From NCBI GenBank assembly GCA_965112155.1, contig OZ218108.1: a stretch of DNA of 64,000 bases; one strand, written 5' to 3'. The stretch's first letter is position 1; each line of letters starts with the position of its first letter. The position numbers were made by a program, and so were the translations under genes. Positions 36,354-48,394 of the stretch are shown piece by piece. The notes under the pieces were generated by a model. The model searched no databases, was not told where the DNA came from, and saw only the letters and a list, made by a program, of their open reading frames with translations. Source of the DNA: Podarcis liolepis. Its lineage: Eukaryota.

Positions 36354-36588
36354 CAGTGGAACCTCAGTTTGCAAACTTAATCCGTTCCGGAAGACTTCTG
36401 AAAAGTTCAAAAACCAAGGATCAATGGGCTGGCTGCAAAGTCAATGGGGGGGGGGGATGAAAAACGTGCCTTGGAAGCCATTCAGCTTCTGAAAATCATT
36501 CGAAACAGGAGCATTCATTTCGAGGTTGTCGGCACTCAGGTTCCGAATTCTTCGGCTTCCGAAGCGTTCAGTAATCGAGCTTCCATTG
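36354..36588. mobile_element. Tc1/mariner (Tigger-like) MITE, 235 bp
   Basis: TA-CAGTGGAACCTC ... GAGCTTCCATTG-TA (TIR 10/12 match, TA duplication). Confidence 0.78.
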
Positions 36589-37889
36589 TACTTGCATGAA
36601 AATCCAATTTAATAGAATTCCAGTTGCACACCAGTTCATTCAATATTATGCAAAAGATTCCAGAGGTTTGTTTGTGTTTTTCATTTGCAATAGCACTGCA
36701 TCGTGGATTTTCTAGATGCAAAATTGCCTAAATAATTAAATCAGTGTTCACAAGGATGCGTGTTTGGCTCGTAAGAATGAGGATGGCTTTGCCACAAAAC
36801 TTCAATGAATGATCCATGCTGCTAAGTTGGAGGTTTCCAAGGATGCTTAGGCAATCCCGTGCTGAAAATTATATACTGTAAGCATCCAAACCTCCCGGCC
36901 ACAGCCTTCTTCTCCTAGCTCTGTAGTCTCAGGCTGGTAGGGCAGAGAGTAGTGTGGAGGTTCTCTTTCCTATCAGGCAGATTCCTAAATAAGGCTAGCA
37001 TGCCGATTTTCCCAGTTCCTCTACCAGGCATAGGCTGGTAGGAGAGGAAAAAGGCTTGGCGGAGGGGGGGCTCCTACCTGCTTCCTATCTAATCAGAGTG
37101 GAGAGAAGCATCTGTTCTACATTCATCAGCAACTGCACCTCAAAATTCTGCACATCTGAGTGCATCCAGAATGGTTGCCAGAAAAGCTTTCAGCCTGCCA
37201 TTTGCACTTCCGTTCCAACTCCCCCTCATTTTCTGCACCCCCTTCCATTCAGTTAACATTCTGTGGTCACAGAGCACACTGTTTTGAGGTACCACCCTCC
37301 TTTAGGGGGTTTTCTAAATATTTTTGAACATCTGCAAAACCTGGGGTTCCCCCCCCCCCAAGTCGGCTGATACCTACCTCTTGTGCGTGGAGGGTACCAC
37401 TTTCACCTAATAAGGATGAACACTCAGAGATCCACACTCAGAGACCTATCAGCCTATAGGACACTAATAAAAGCATCATAAGCCACCAAAGTGGTTGCAT
37501 CACTGCATTTGACAGACCCCAAGTTAAAACAAAGGAGATGCAATGGTTTGTCTTGGTTAACCAGGCTAGCTGTGCTTTCCCTTGTGAAGAGTTAGCTGGA
37601 AATTACCCAGTGATGCTCCAGCAATTGCTCAATTGCGTGGGCAAACCTGCTCATTCTTATAACTTTACTTTGCAAAACCACAAGAATTGTGGCAAGAAAT
37701 CCAGTTTACCTCATCTGCAGGAAGTAAATATAAAAGCTGGTCCATTCCTCACCCCATTTCTGCTGGGCTGGAGCTATGCACTTCTACAATGCAAGTACCC
37801 AGCAGGACTCCATGTTTTGACCACATCCTTTTCTTGGCTTTTATGTTTAGCATCTTTGCATCATTGTAGTAGATCAGTGCCTGCTCTCA

Positions 37890-38590
37890 GTGATGAACTG
37901 AATGAGAGCCAATAACCTAAAGCTTAATCCAGATGAGATTGAGAAACTGTTAGTGGGAGGCTCCCCAAGCCACATGGGTGGAGTTTAGTCTGCCCTAGAT
38001 GGAATTACACTCCCTCTGAAGCAGCAGGTGCATAGTTGGGGGTTACTTCTTTATCCATTCAGATTGCTTGAGGTTCAAGTGGCCTCAGTGGCACAGAGCT
38101 TTTGCCAGTGGCCCAGCTGAGCCCCTCTCTGGATGGGGACAGCCTAACTTCTGTTGTCGACACTCTGGTAACCTCTAGAATAGATGACTGCAATTTGTTG
38201 TATGTGGGACTGCCTTTGAAGATGGTTCAGAAGCTGTAGCTGGTGCAGAATTCAGAGGTCTGAGAATGTAACACCAATCCTGGTGCAACTGCACTGGTTA
38301 CCAAATAATTTCTGGGCTCAATTCACATTGCTGGTTTTGACCTATAAAGCTCAGGAATACTTCTTCAGACATAAAATGTCCTGTACAGTGAATTCATCAT
38401 CTGAGACCCTTCTCCTTGTGCCCTGTCTGAGGGAGGCATGCAGGGTGGCAACACGAAAACAGACCTTTTCAGTAGCAGCTCCCCATCTGTGGAAAGATTT
38501 CCCGAGAAAAGCACACCTGGCACCATCATTGCCTGTTTTTAGGCACAATCCAAATACATTTTTATTAACCCAGACCTTTGGTCATTAATT
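37890..38590 (+). mobile_element. Degenerate L2-clade LINE, 3' part of ORF2
   Basis: Broken frames read LKLNPD, LVTSRIDDCNLLYVGLPLKMVQKL*LVQN, LHWLP, LVLTYKA and FSVAAPHLW. Confidence 0.85.
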
Positions 38591-38985
38591 GAGAAGGTAA
38601 CTAATTATAACTGGGGCCTTCCCCCCACTGTAATAATAAAAGTATGTACAAACACATAACCATCCAAACAATAACATAATCATACACGGAGCATATTTTA
38701 GATAAAAAACAAATTGAAGACATGCAGTTAGATTTAGCCAAGAGGCCTCTTTTTAGTGCTTATCCTTTTAAATGAGGTAGGTAGGATTTGCACAAGATCT
38801 TGTTTTGTTGCTGTTTTCTATTTGGCTTTAGTGTTTCTTGTATTTGTATTATGTAAGTTGCTTTGAGACACTCAGGAAGTGATGAATATATACAATAATA
38901 CCTTCATAGGCATTGGGGGTGAAGTTATCTCAGGCAAAAAAGAGAGAAATACACCAGTCTCTATATTTTTACCATGTCCCCCATT

Positions 38986-38986
<1 letters not shown>

Positions 38987-39033
<47 letters not shown>

Positions 39034-39250
39034 TATCACCCTTCATCCATAGATCTCAGGGTGGTTCACAGCATAAAAATACAAGATAAAACACAAAATA
39101 CATGATAAAAATAAGAACAAAAATAAGCCAAGCCAATAAACCTCCCTCCTTCCCACAGACACATTTCAAAGGATCTGGGATGTTAGTCAGCCCAAGGCCT
39201 AGTTGAAGAAGAACCTTTTTGCCTGGCACCTAAAGGTGTATAATGAAACA
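38987..39250 (-). mobile_element. L2-type 3' end with (AAT)n tail (38987-39033)
   Basis: Reverse complement of the L2 end seen at about 15600-15660, adjoining the microsatellite. Confidence 0.7.
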
Positions 39251-40876
39251 TCCCCCAAAATAAAGAGCAGCAGTTGCAACAACAGTGGCAAAAAACCCTC
39301 TTAGTACTACTAATAATTAAATTATTATTTTCAGGATTCCAGCCAGCCAGCAGGCCATGTCCTTTTCCAGGATATGGAACTGTCCAACTGTCCATACCAG
39401 CCCTTCACCCCTTGGAAAAGTATCTCCTCCTCATCTGGAAGCTGGACGGTAATAAGAACAGACACTCATGGGGAGAAAATAAAATATCCCCACCTCCCGT
39501 ACCAGTCCTCCTCTTCATCTCCCTGTTGCAATGACCGCTAACACAAAGGACTATAGAAGATGTTGCTCTCCCAGGAACTCTTTCAGGAGTTCTTGTGAAA
39601 ACCAACATCTACCGTAATCCCGTGGGTTCCAGTCCACTGTTAGCCAGCACTATGGGAAGAAAGGGAGGAGGAGAAAATTTCCATCCAAGCAGGGGGGGAG
39701 GGTATTCAGGGCTAATGTGCCCCTCTCAATTTGACACAGGCTTTCCAAGTGCCTGTCATTCTTTTTCTAGCCTGGCTCGGGAAAACTTCACTGGTGCCTC
39801 TAATTTTAATATTGTGCTGAGGCGCATTTAGAACCATCTTCCATTATTTTGTATGAAATGCATATTTCGTCCCACTGCACATGCCAATAATTTTGTTTGC
39901 TAGTTTTATGTTGAATAGGCAACAGTTGGAACATCACACACACACCCTTACCAACCCCATTTTAAGCAAAGTAAGAATGAGAAGTGCCTAAAATGGCTGC
40001 CCAAGTAAATATCTGGTTCTAAGTGTCAGAGCACAGCAAAGTCCCCAATCCGCTCCTCCGCAAGGGGGATGACTTATCTAAGGCCTTGGAATAGATCCAA
40101 CCATTTTCGACCAGGTTCTAGAATCACAATGCTTAAGTAAACTTCTATAAAGAATCCGTACGCATACAGACCTGAAGAATGATGCGGAATCCGAAGCAGG
40201 CATGTGGTAAAGTAACATTTTTATTGCAGTAAAAGAAGTTTAATATAGAATGTCTGCAATACCATTCTGGCTTATTGAGCAGAGAATCTGTGGGATCATT
40301 CATGCCATCTGCACTCAGCAGGGACGGGTTGCTGAGAAAAGTTAGCAAATAAAAACAATAAAGAAAGTAAATGAAAATAATATGCAGAGTGATAAAAATA
40401 GGGAAGCCAGAACTCTAAACCAGTTGGATTTCAGTTACCTCCGCTGGATCTTTCAGCAGAGAAATGTGTTGCGGTAACGGCTATATTTAATGAAATGCAA
40501 ATATAAGAACCTAGTCCAGGTAGGGGAACTGCTATTTACCTGATTGAGGCTGTAATTCATAAACTACTTAATCGGGATTAGTCAGTGAAATCCATGCAAA
40601 ATGAAGCTCATTTTAAAACAGATCTTTTTCTCTCTTCATTTTCAAAGGTAACAGATTCATAATATTATCTCACTGGAAACTCTGAAAAAAATGTTTTAAC
40701 TGCTTGTGTCTGGAATTTTTGCAAGACTTCACACTCTAACAAAAAAAAATTATCTTCGTATTAGAAGGCATCATTGGAATTTTTTCTTCTTTTTTGTAGT
40801 AACCTTTTTTTGTTTTGTTTTGTTTTATATTATTTGTTTTCTATTGCTTTTTTGCTTTTTTTGGGCTTTTTGTTCC

Positions 40877-40914
40877 ATTAGAAGACTATAAAGATATTAG
40901 AAGACTATAAAGAC
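40877..40914. repeat. 19-bp tandem duplication
   Basis: ATTAGAAGACTATAAAGA(T/C) twice. Confidence 0.9.
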
Positions 40915-41491
40915 AATACCATCATTTTCAAAACATTTGTTAGAGCTAAGTACATAAATACCAGTTATTAACCACTCCAAAGTCTGCTGGAACCACAGTG
41001 CCTTTACTCTTTTTCAGGTTTAAGTAGACTTTACTGGAAAAGAGGTTTCATTACTATTCTTGGACATCATGCCCAAGAAGGATCTATCTGTTCTTTTCAT
41101 GGTCAGGCCTCATTTCCCAGTTATATGGAAACTAGATTAAACCCTTTCTTAGTGATCTTGCTAGGTGCAAATGTCCATACTACAATATTACAATACTACA
41201 ACTTTGTTCTGAAGAAAAGGGCACTAATGCCATGAGATTAACTGATAAAAAGTACTTGTGGACATGATAGACATCTGGGCATCCAAAAACAAGTGTGGAT
41301 GTTTCTTAGCTCCCTGGCTAAGAAACTATTATTTCAGGGAAATTGATCTCCCTTGCAGAAAAGAAATTTGAACGCCTCCAGATCACAAAGGCCACCTACA
41401 ACCATATCCTCCATTTTATCTAGATTCAGCTTCAATTGGTTTGCCTTCATATATTCCTAGATGTCAGTCTATAACCAAGATTACTGTTGAC

Positions 41492-41627
41492 CAGGCATAG
41501 GCAAACTCGACCCTCCAGATGTTTTGGGACTACAGCTCCCATCATCCCTGGCTAACAGGACCAGTGGTCAGGGATGGTGGGAACTGTAGTCTCAAAACAT
41601 CTGGAGGGCCGAGTTTGCCTCTGCCTG
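41492..41627. mobile_element. hAT palindromic MITE, 136 bp
   Basis: Perfect 8-bp TSD CTGTTGAC (41484-41491 and 41628-41635); near-complete fold-back from CAGGCATAGGCAAACTCG to CGAGTTTGCCTCTGCCTG. Confidence 0.93.
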
Positions 41628-43399
41628 CTGTTGACTCTTAACAAGTATGTGTGAGATCCTAAGTTCTACTATCTTCAGAGCACAACACTACCATCACTTA
41701 TGCCTCATTATCTTCATGAATATTTCCACCCAAGGCTGCAGCCTACACACAAATACTCTAGCCTTTAAAAATAAAGGCCTTTTTAAAAAACGATTTCATT
41801 TGATTCAAACACACTGCATGCAATTCTGACCTCTCACTCTAGTCAAAGATTTCGTGTTGCCTGGCTAATTCTATGACCTAACAATCAAGGTATAAATGCT
41901 TTGAAAATCTTCCTATTTTATTTTGTTGGGGGGCTGGGTGGGATACAATAAGAGCACTGCCTAACTACTAAGTAAACAAAGAAGCAGCTTTGTTCCAGTA
42001 CTAACAGAGGTTCCAAGTTTCAAACTCCTATTCACTGGGTCTTGAAGAAGGTAGCTTGCATTTTTTGGTGTGTGGGGTGTGTGTGTGCGTGTGAATAGCT
42101 AGAGAGTCTGAACCTCAAACACACAATTTTTAAAAAACATGATGAAAGCATAAGGGCTTTGTTATGGCACACACAACACCCCAAACCTGTTTCCCCTTTA
42201 CGAGCTTCTAAAAAGTATCTCCCATATAATTATTAAATGAAAACACTCACTTACCCAGTACTCAGCCTTTAAATCTTGAATAAGAGACATTCACTCTGAG
42301 AGAGGTACTTACCGTGTTTCCATGGATACTGGATGATGCCAATCAGGTCCATGTTTTTATCTGAAAGTGGTACCCTGCAGAGAAATGAGTTTGGTGAGTA
42401 GCTGTTTATGTGCAGTAAGTAAATAGGAAGCTTGTTTATTTGACAAAGGGCCTGTGACCCAGCCTCCCCTTCCCAATACCTCTCATTCTCTCTCCCCTCA
42501 ACCCTCCCCCCTTTAAGCACAACAGTACTGGGGCATGTCGTCAAATAGTTTGTGTAGTTTCCTGCCAAATTGCTGAAGATCAGGATTTTGGTAATGCAGA
42601 TAGATCTTTTTCCTGGTATTTCACCCATTTGGTGAATTAACAGTACTAATGGTAACTACCAGATTCCCCCCCCCCCCCAATAGCTAGTACCATAGACTTT
42701 TTTTCTCTCCAAGCAGAGGCAGATGAGTAACAATAGGTTACATAAATACAATAGAAGTTACATAGTCAAAAACAGCCTGTGAGTTGTGTGTGTGTTGTTA
42801 CCAGGATGAATAACAATAGCAGACTGGCGAGACATAAATGTCCTTACCTTAGTCTAGAAAGGAGAAAAAATCCAGAATGAAAGTGCTTCGAGGTTTAACA
42901 AGGTTTTACTTATACACATTTGCTCTGATTCCTCAATTTTTGAAGCCTCTGTGTAATTCTGAAATGCAGTCTCTTAACACGACATTCTAATTTGGGGAGT
43001 GAGATTACTGAATCCTCTTTGAGAAGTTTTAGGTTTCTAATATTTCTCCGGATAAAAGTAAGAGTGAAAAGGGAAAGAAATCCACTTTAATACTTAACAT
43101 AGTTTAATAACCCGAATGATGTGTGTTCTGTTTCCATTTCTAAAGAAGTTTCCTTCCAGCTGTAATTAAAAAGTACAAAAAGTTGTCTTGTTCTAAAATT
43201 ATTCTTGGAAATAAGTTTTTTTTTTTTAACTTCACTGTAAAAGAGGGGTATTCCCACCCCCATCCCCACACTTTTTTTCTTTTACTTTCGGCCATCTGAA
43301 AGTCATTTCATTTTGCTTCCTCCCAAGAAGTGATTTTTGGATAAAGCTACTGATTTGATATTTTCCAATTGAACTTACAGCTTGCTTTGTGGACAGAGT

Positions 43400-43605
43400 A
43401 ATTCTATGTTCTTTCGCCAGAGCTGACAAAGGTCTGCTTGTCAGTGATACCTTTTACAGCTAAATTTACTCTCGAGTGACAGGAGCAGGTGGGGCCAGGC
43501 ATGCCAGACACTTGTGCATGGAAATCACGCATCTTACAGGTCAACAGCAAAGGGGAAAAAGCTTGTGCCTTCATAGCAGAGGGTGAGTGAGGCAAACAGG
43601 ACCCA
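43400..43605 (+). promoter_or_regulatory. MEF2C: MEF2C skeletal-muscle-type promoter/enhancer: MEF2-like site CTAAATTTAC (43460-43469) and E-box CAGGTG (43486-43491)
   Basis: The motifs are seen directly. The context TTTACAGCTAAATTTACT...GAGTGACA...CAGGTG...TGCCAGACACTTGTGCA...ATCACGCATCT matches my recollection of the mouse Mef2c muscle promoter. Confidence 0.82.
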
Positions 43606-43738
43606 AACTGGGGGGTTTCTCTTCAAAGCCAGCTGGTCTGGCTTTATTCTACAGGAATTTTTTACCTGTCAGTTTAATCATCGAAACCCTCAGCAGGTGC
43701 TGACGGGTACATCTTCCTGGAGAAGAAGAAGGGCACTG
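43606..43738 (+). other. MEF2C: MEF2C non-coding first exon (5'UTR exon A; the true start may be up to about 80 bp further upstream)
   Basis: AACTGGGGGGTTTCTCTTCAAAGCCAGCTGGTCTGGCTTTATTCT...CTCAGCAGGTGCTGACGGGTACA...GGCACTG matches the recalled 5' end of a human MEF2C mRNA, and is followed by donor G|GTGAGT at 43739. Confidence 0.85.
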
Positions 43739-46183
43739 GTGAGTTTAAATAAATAAAATCCTTTTTCATATATTATATATATATATATAAATAGAGTTGA
43801 GGCTGATCTCCCAATTCTACTATAGAATTCTGCCTAGGACCAGGAACCGCAGGTAAGTTTTCAAAAACTTAAGGGATTTTTTTTATTTAAAAAATGAGAC
43901 ACATTTGGAAACATGCTTCTTTCTAATAATTCCTTTGACAAAAGAAACTTTCACGACCAAGATCCAGTGTTTTATATTATTGTCGCTTTTTGGAAAAGGT
44001 ATTCTGAAGACTAAATGCTGAGAATATATATGTTTAGCATGCGGGGGGGGGTGGAATTGGCAGGAAAGCTAGGAAGCACATACCCCCCCCTTTCAAAATG
44101 ATTTTCCTTTTTTTAAAAAAGTGAGAAGTGAAAAGAATATGTTCCATTTTGTTTCCCTCATTCTACCTATGATTCTGTATTTGTTTCTGACCCCTGTTGA
44201 ACGTCCTATCAGATATAATGTACAGGAGTGAGTTTTTCAATCAAATGGGGAGTGAATGTGGAAGACTTTTTAAAATTTTAAGACGTTACTGATCAAAGGC
44301 AACCATACATTATATACTGGAGGTGTCACTGGGGAAAGAAGTTGGATTATGAAACAAAACTACGTGTGAATATAATAGTGTATTTGCACCCTGATTTCAC
44401 TATAATTGCATCATGTGTGCTGTTTGAACAACTGTTAATTTCATAAAACCGCCATTCTGCTGGTGGAGTCTACAGAGAGGAACATTTTTTCAGGACAATC
44501 TTATTTTAATTACTGCAAAGACGTGGGGGGGAAAGATCAAATGCTAAGGCGTATTTTAGGGAGGAGCAGAATTTTTATGATGAATTTCTATTTTCACAAG
44601 CTTGTGCTTTTAACTGTGCTTCACAGCAGTTCTTACAAACTGTCAAACAAATTGAAAGCATTTCTGTAAACAAGTAATCAAGTTTTTTTATTTAAAAAAA
44701 AGAGGGGGGAGAAGAAGAAGAAGACAAAGTCTATATACAAAGAGAACATATGAAACTGCTTTTAACAACCAGATTCCATACTGACATACTGCCTGGCACG
44801 CAAGTTTAAAGAGCACAGAACAACAGATAGATAAATTGTGACATTAATTTGGCACTGAAGGTTATTCTGCTTGGAAAATAAGCACGGGAGTTTTAAAGCC
44901 AGGATTGTTCAACAACTTTAAAGAGATTTTCTACATGGAATATTTGATTTTCCCTATGTATGGAACATGAAGTCCAGGGGTTACTGATCTCAAGAAATGG
45001 GCGAGGTTTTTCAAACACTGATCGGTTTTTCAAAGTAAATGCAAACAATTTCCTTTTTTTTCCCCCTACAAGAAATTTGTGTTTAAGATCACAGCCTTGG
45101 TCTGCCTGTCTGTCTTGTTCATGAAAAAAAAATAAAAAATGAAGCATGCAGAACAGCTGATTTGTCTTTATAACTGTCCTAAAACCAGGCAGCTGCCAAA
45201 GCAGAATGCCATTGACACAGACATTTGCAAGAACAGTTTTCAGTTTGTGAACTGTCACTGTAGGTCACTTGATTTGATACAATGACACAAATTATGTTCA
45301 GAAAGAAGGGGAAAATATGTAATCGGTAACTTAATTGGCTGTTTAAGGAACCTGAACCTGTGTTTCCTCTGATATCAATCCAAGACTAAAATCCTGTGCA
45401 CACTTGCCTGGGATTAAGCCATATGAAATACAGTGGGGTTTACTTCCAAGCAAACACGAATAAGATAGCACTGCATGGAGCTATACACTGATTGATAATA
45501 CCTAAATATGTAGCATACCACATCATTTGCTTCCTAGGCTGTGACCTGTTGAACACAGGGGGACTTATTTTGAGTAAACAGGCAAAGAAGGTTGCCTTTA
45601 ATTTCTGAAAATCCTCCATGCCCATTATCTTGAAAGATAAATAATTCTAGAAAGTTTTCTTTTTTAAAAGCAAAATAGATACCTATCGGAAATTATGAAA
45701 CTGTACAAATTCATGAGCAATGGCAAAAATAGTAAGCTACAAACTGTTTTTCTTTTTGTGGAATCAAGACACCTGAGCTTCTGTTAATGTGACTCACTTA
45801 ATTAAAATCTTTGTAAATAGAGTTTGTAGCCTGAGTTCCTTCTGTTTAAAAATTAGTCTGTTTTGTTACACCTGAAATCATAAAGTAGTTTACTTCTTTT
45901 GAATAAGAAACCTAATTTTGTGTATTGGCAATCATATATGCAACTTATTTAGCTTCATACTGATTAACCCTGATCATTAGCTTTTGACATTGTTACCATA
46001 TCATCTAAATATCTGAGTGTGACTGAATAATAAAGGGCTAACATTTATCTACTAACAGATAGTATCTGTTAAATGGACCTTTCCTCTCGTCAGTGAAATT
46101 TAAAATAAATAAATGTTGTTGTTTATTTAAAGGTTGGATGGTTTAAAAAGCAGAATTGGTGCACTTTTGTCCTTTTCCTAAAC

Positions 46184-46227
46184 ACATGCTCAGGAGTGAC
46201 TGAAACATGCTCAGGAGTGACTGAAAC
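46184..46227. repeat. Perfect 21-bp tandem duplication
   Basis: ACATGCTCAGGAGTGACTGAA twice. Confidence 0.92.
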
Positions 46228-47914
46228 TGCCATCAATAGCTATGTATATTCAGAATTGTAGACTCTTAAGATTTGTAAACTGCCCCGGAGGACCTTGAGT
46301 CCAGTCCCATTATTTAAGGCAGTCTAACCCGCATCTCAAGCTTTTCTGATGGGAACATTCACAGTATTTGCATAAAACCTTGCAAGGAATAACATTCTGG
46401 AACCTCCATTGGTAGTTTACTGTTGCAGAATTCTTCCTAGTTCTAATCTTAAAATTTTGTTTGTGTAATGTGAGGCGGGTGCTTTGTACTCTATACTTGG
46501 AAGATATGGGGCATGGTCACTGGGGACTTCGTAATAGGCAAGCCCTGTCAAAATACACCTTGCCTGGCCCCTGTTCATTGCAATGAGATTTCCACCAGGG
46601 GACTTCCACATAGATTGTGCATATAGTTACTCTTTTCCTTCTTTCTCACACCCTTTTAAATAGCTAAAAACAGCTCATGTGAGCCCCACAACATCTTTTT
46701 AGGGGGGAGGGGGGCTAAATATACTCTGTTTATCCAGATTTTCCAGATAGACCTTTTATTATCCATTCCATTCCTTTATGTAAAAACGACAACACCCAGC
46801 AACCTAGTTCACTTTTCTACTACTTCTTTGTCTTTACCAGTAAATTGTAAAACTTGACAAAGTTGTCTCTATGTATTTTCTCTAACTGTGACTCACTGGA
46901 AGTACAGAAGTTTTGCATATGCTATTCCTCCTTCCAAGCCTAGAAAGCCATGAATGTGTCATATACTTTCAAAGCAATGCATGCCTTTCTTTCTTTCCCT
47001 TGCACTAGGGAAAACGCATAATAGCTTTAATGAAATTAAGAGAATGGACAAAACTGCTGAAATTATAATCTTGCACAATTGCCCTTGCATACATCTGTTT
47101 GCATATATATTTATTGATATTTCTTTTTAAAAGGTAAGTGATACAGCTGAAAAGCCAATTTGCAAACTGGTTTTCCTTTTGTGTGTGCATTAGATGCAGT
47201 ATTCCTGCAGCGTAAACCCAATGCTCCTCTTCCTAATCATTTAATTTAGAGCAGTCTTGAAAAGTACAAAAATATGGCCTAAGAACAAAATATTCTATCA
47301 GAATCGCTCAGGTACTACAAGACCACTTGAGTGGCAGGTATAGTAAGTTATTCTTCCTGGAAGGAACTGTTACACACCAAGGGCAATTGAATGAGTAGAA
47401 AATTGTTAAGTTCTTAGAATAAATTATAGATCATATGAACCAATACTCTCAAAATCAGCCATGCTCCGATTGTGACTCCTCACTAATCCCTGAAATTAAT
47501 TGAATACTTCCTTGACGTTGTCACATTCAGAGCTATTTGACCCTCCCTTTCTTCAATGTATTCTCATTCAATCATCTTGGGCGATTATCAAACACCACAT
47601 TTTAATTCTACTCCAAGCCTGCAATAGATTAGCCTTTTTGTATTTCAGTCATGGCCTCACAGTCGAGTTCCATACTATTGGGGATCCAGCAGTTTAGGAA
47701 ACTTGCAAAACAGCATCACTTGCAAAATATCCATATAGCTGTCTCAAGACTCTGGAAAAAAAATACAGGAGTATAGGCATATAAATGAAAAGAGTCTAAT
47801 GTGGCATCAAACACAACTATGAACCAAAATGTACTATGGTGAAAAGTGGCAGACTCTGTTCTTCTATCACTCTAGTATGTTATCTTGGAACATACTCCTC
47901 CAGAGTTAACGCCA

Positions 47915-48185
47915 AAATGAAAGCTGCCCTGACAGGCTTTCCTGAGAAAGATGAAGCAGACTCGTTCTCTCCTGCTCCAAAGAGACATTAGAAATTGAAA
48001 GGAATCGGATCTGGGTTAAATATTAGGAGGAACCTCCTAACAGTAGCAGCTGTTTGACAGTGTCTTTTCTAGAGGCCTGTCAGAAACACTGCAGCTGCAC
48101 CCTGTATTGTAGATCATGCACTGAGCTGGGGGTTGAGCTAGGTGACTTCCAAAGCTCCTTACCAACTCTAAAATCCTGAAATCTT
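47915..48185 (+). mobile_element. Old CR1 LINE 3' fragment
   Basis: TTAAATATTAGGAGGAACCTCCTAACAG and terminal GGGTTGAGCTAGGTGACTTCCAAAG...CCAACTCTAAAATC. Confidence 0.65.
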
Positions 48186-48199
48186 CCCTGATCAACACA

Positions 48200-48394
48200 G
48201 GTCACATTCACTCCATACGTTTAAAACATATTCATGCCACTTTTGCAACCATGTCTTCCCCCCAAAAAAATCATGTGAATTGTAGTTTACCATGCACAGA
48301 GGCACAATTCCCAGCACCTCTTAACAAACCACAGTTCCCTACAGGAGTTCTGGAAGAAAGCCAAGTGCTTTAAACATATGGTGTGGATATGATC
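48200..48394. mobile_element. Degraded palindromic MITE (Harbinger-like)
   Basis: GTCACATTCACTCCATACGTTTAAAACA / TGCTTTAAACATATGGTGTGGATATGAT form an imperfect inverted pair. Confidence 0.6.
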
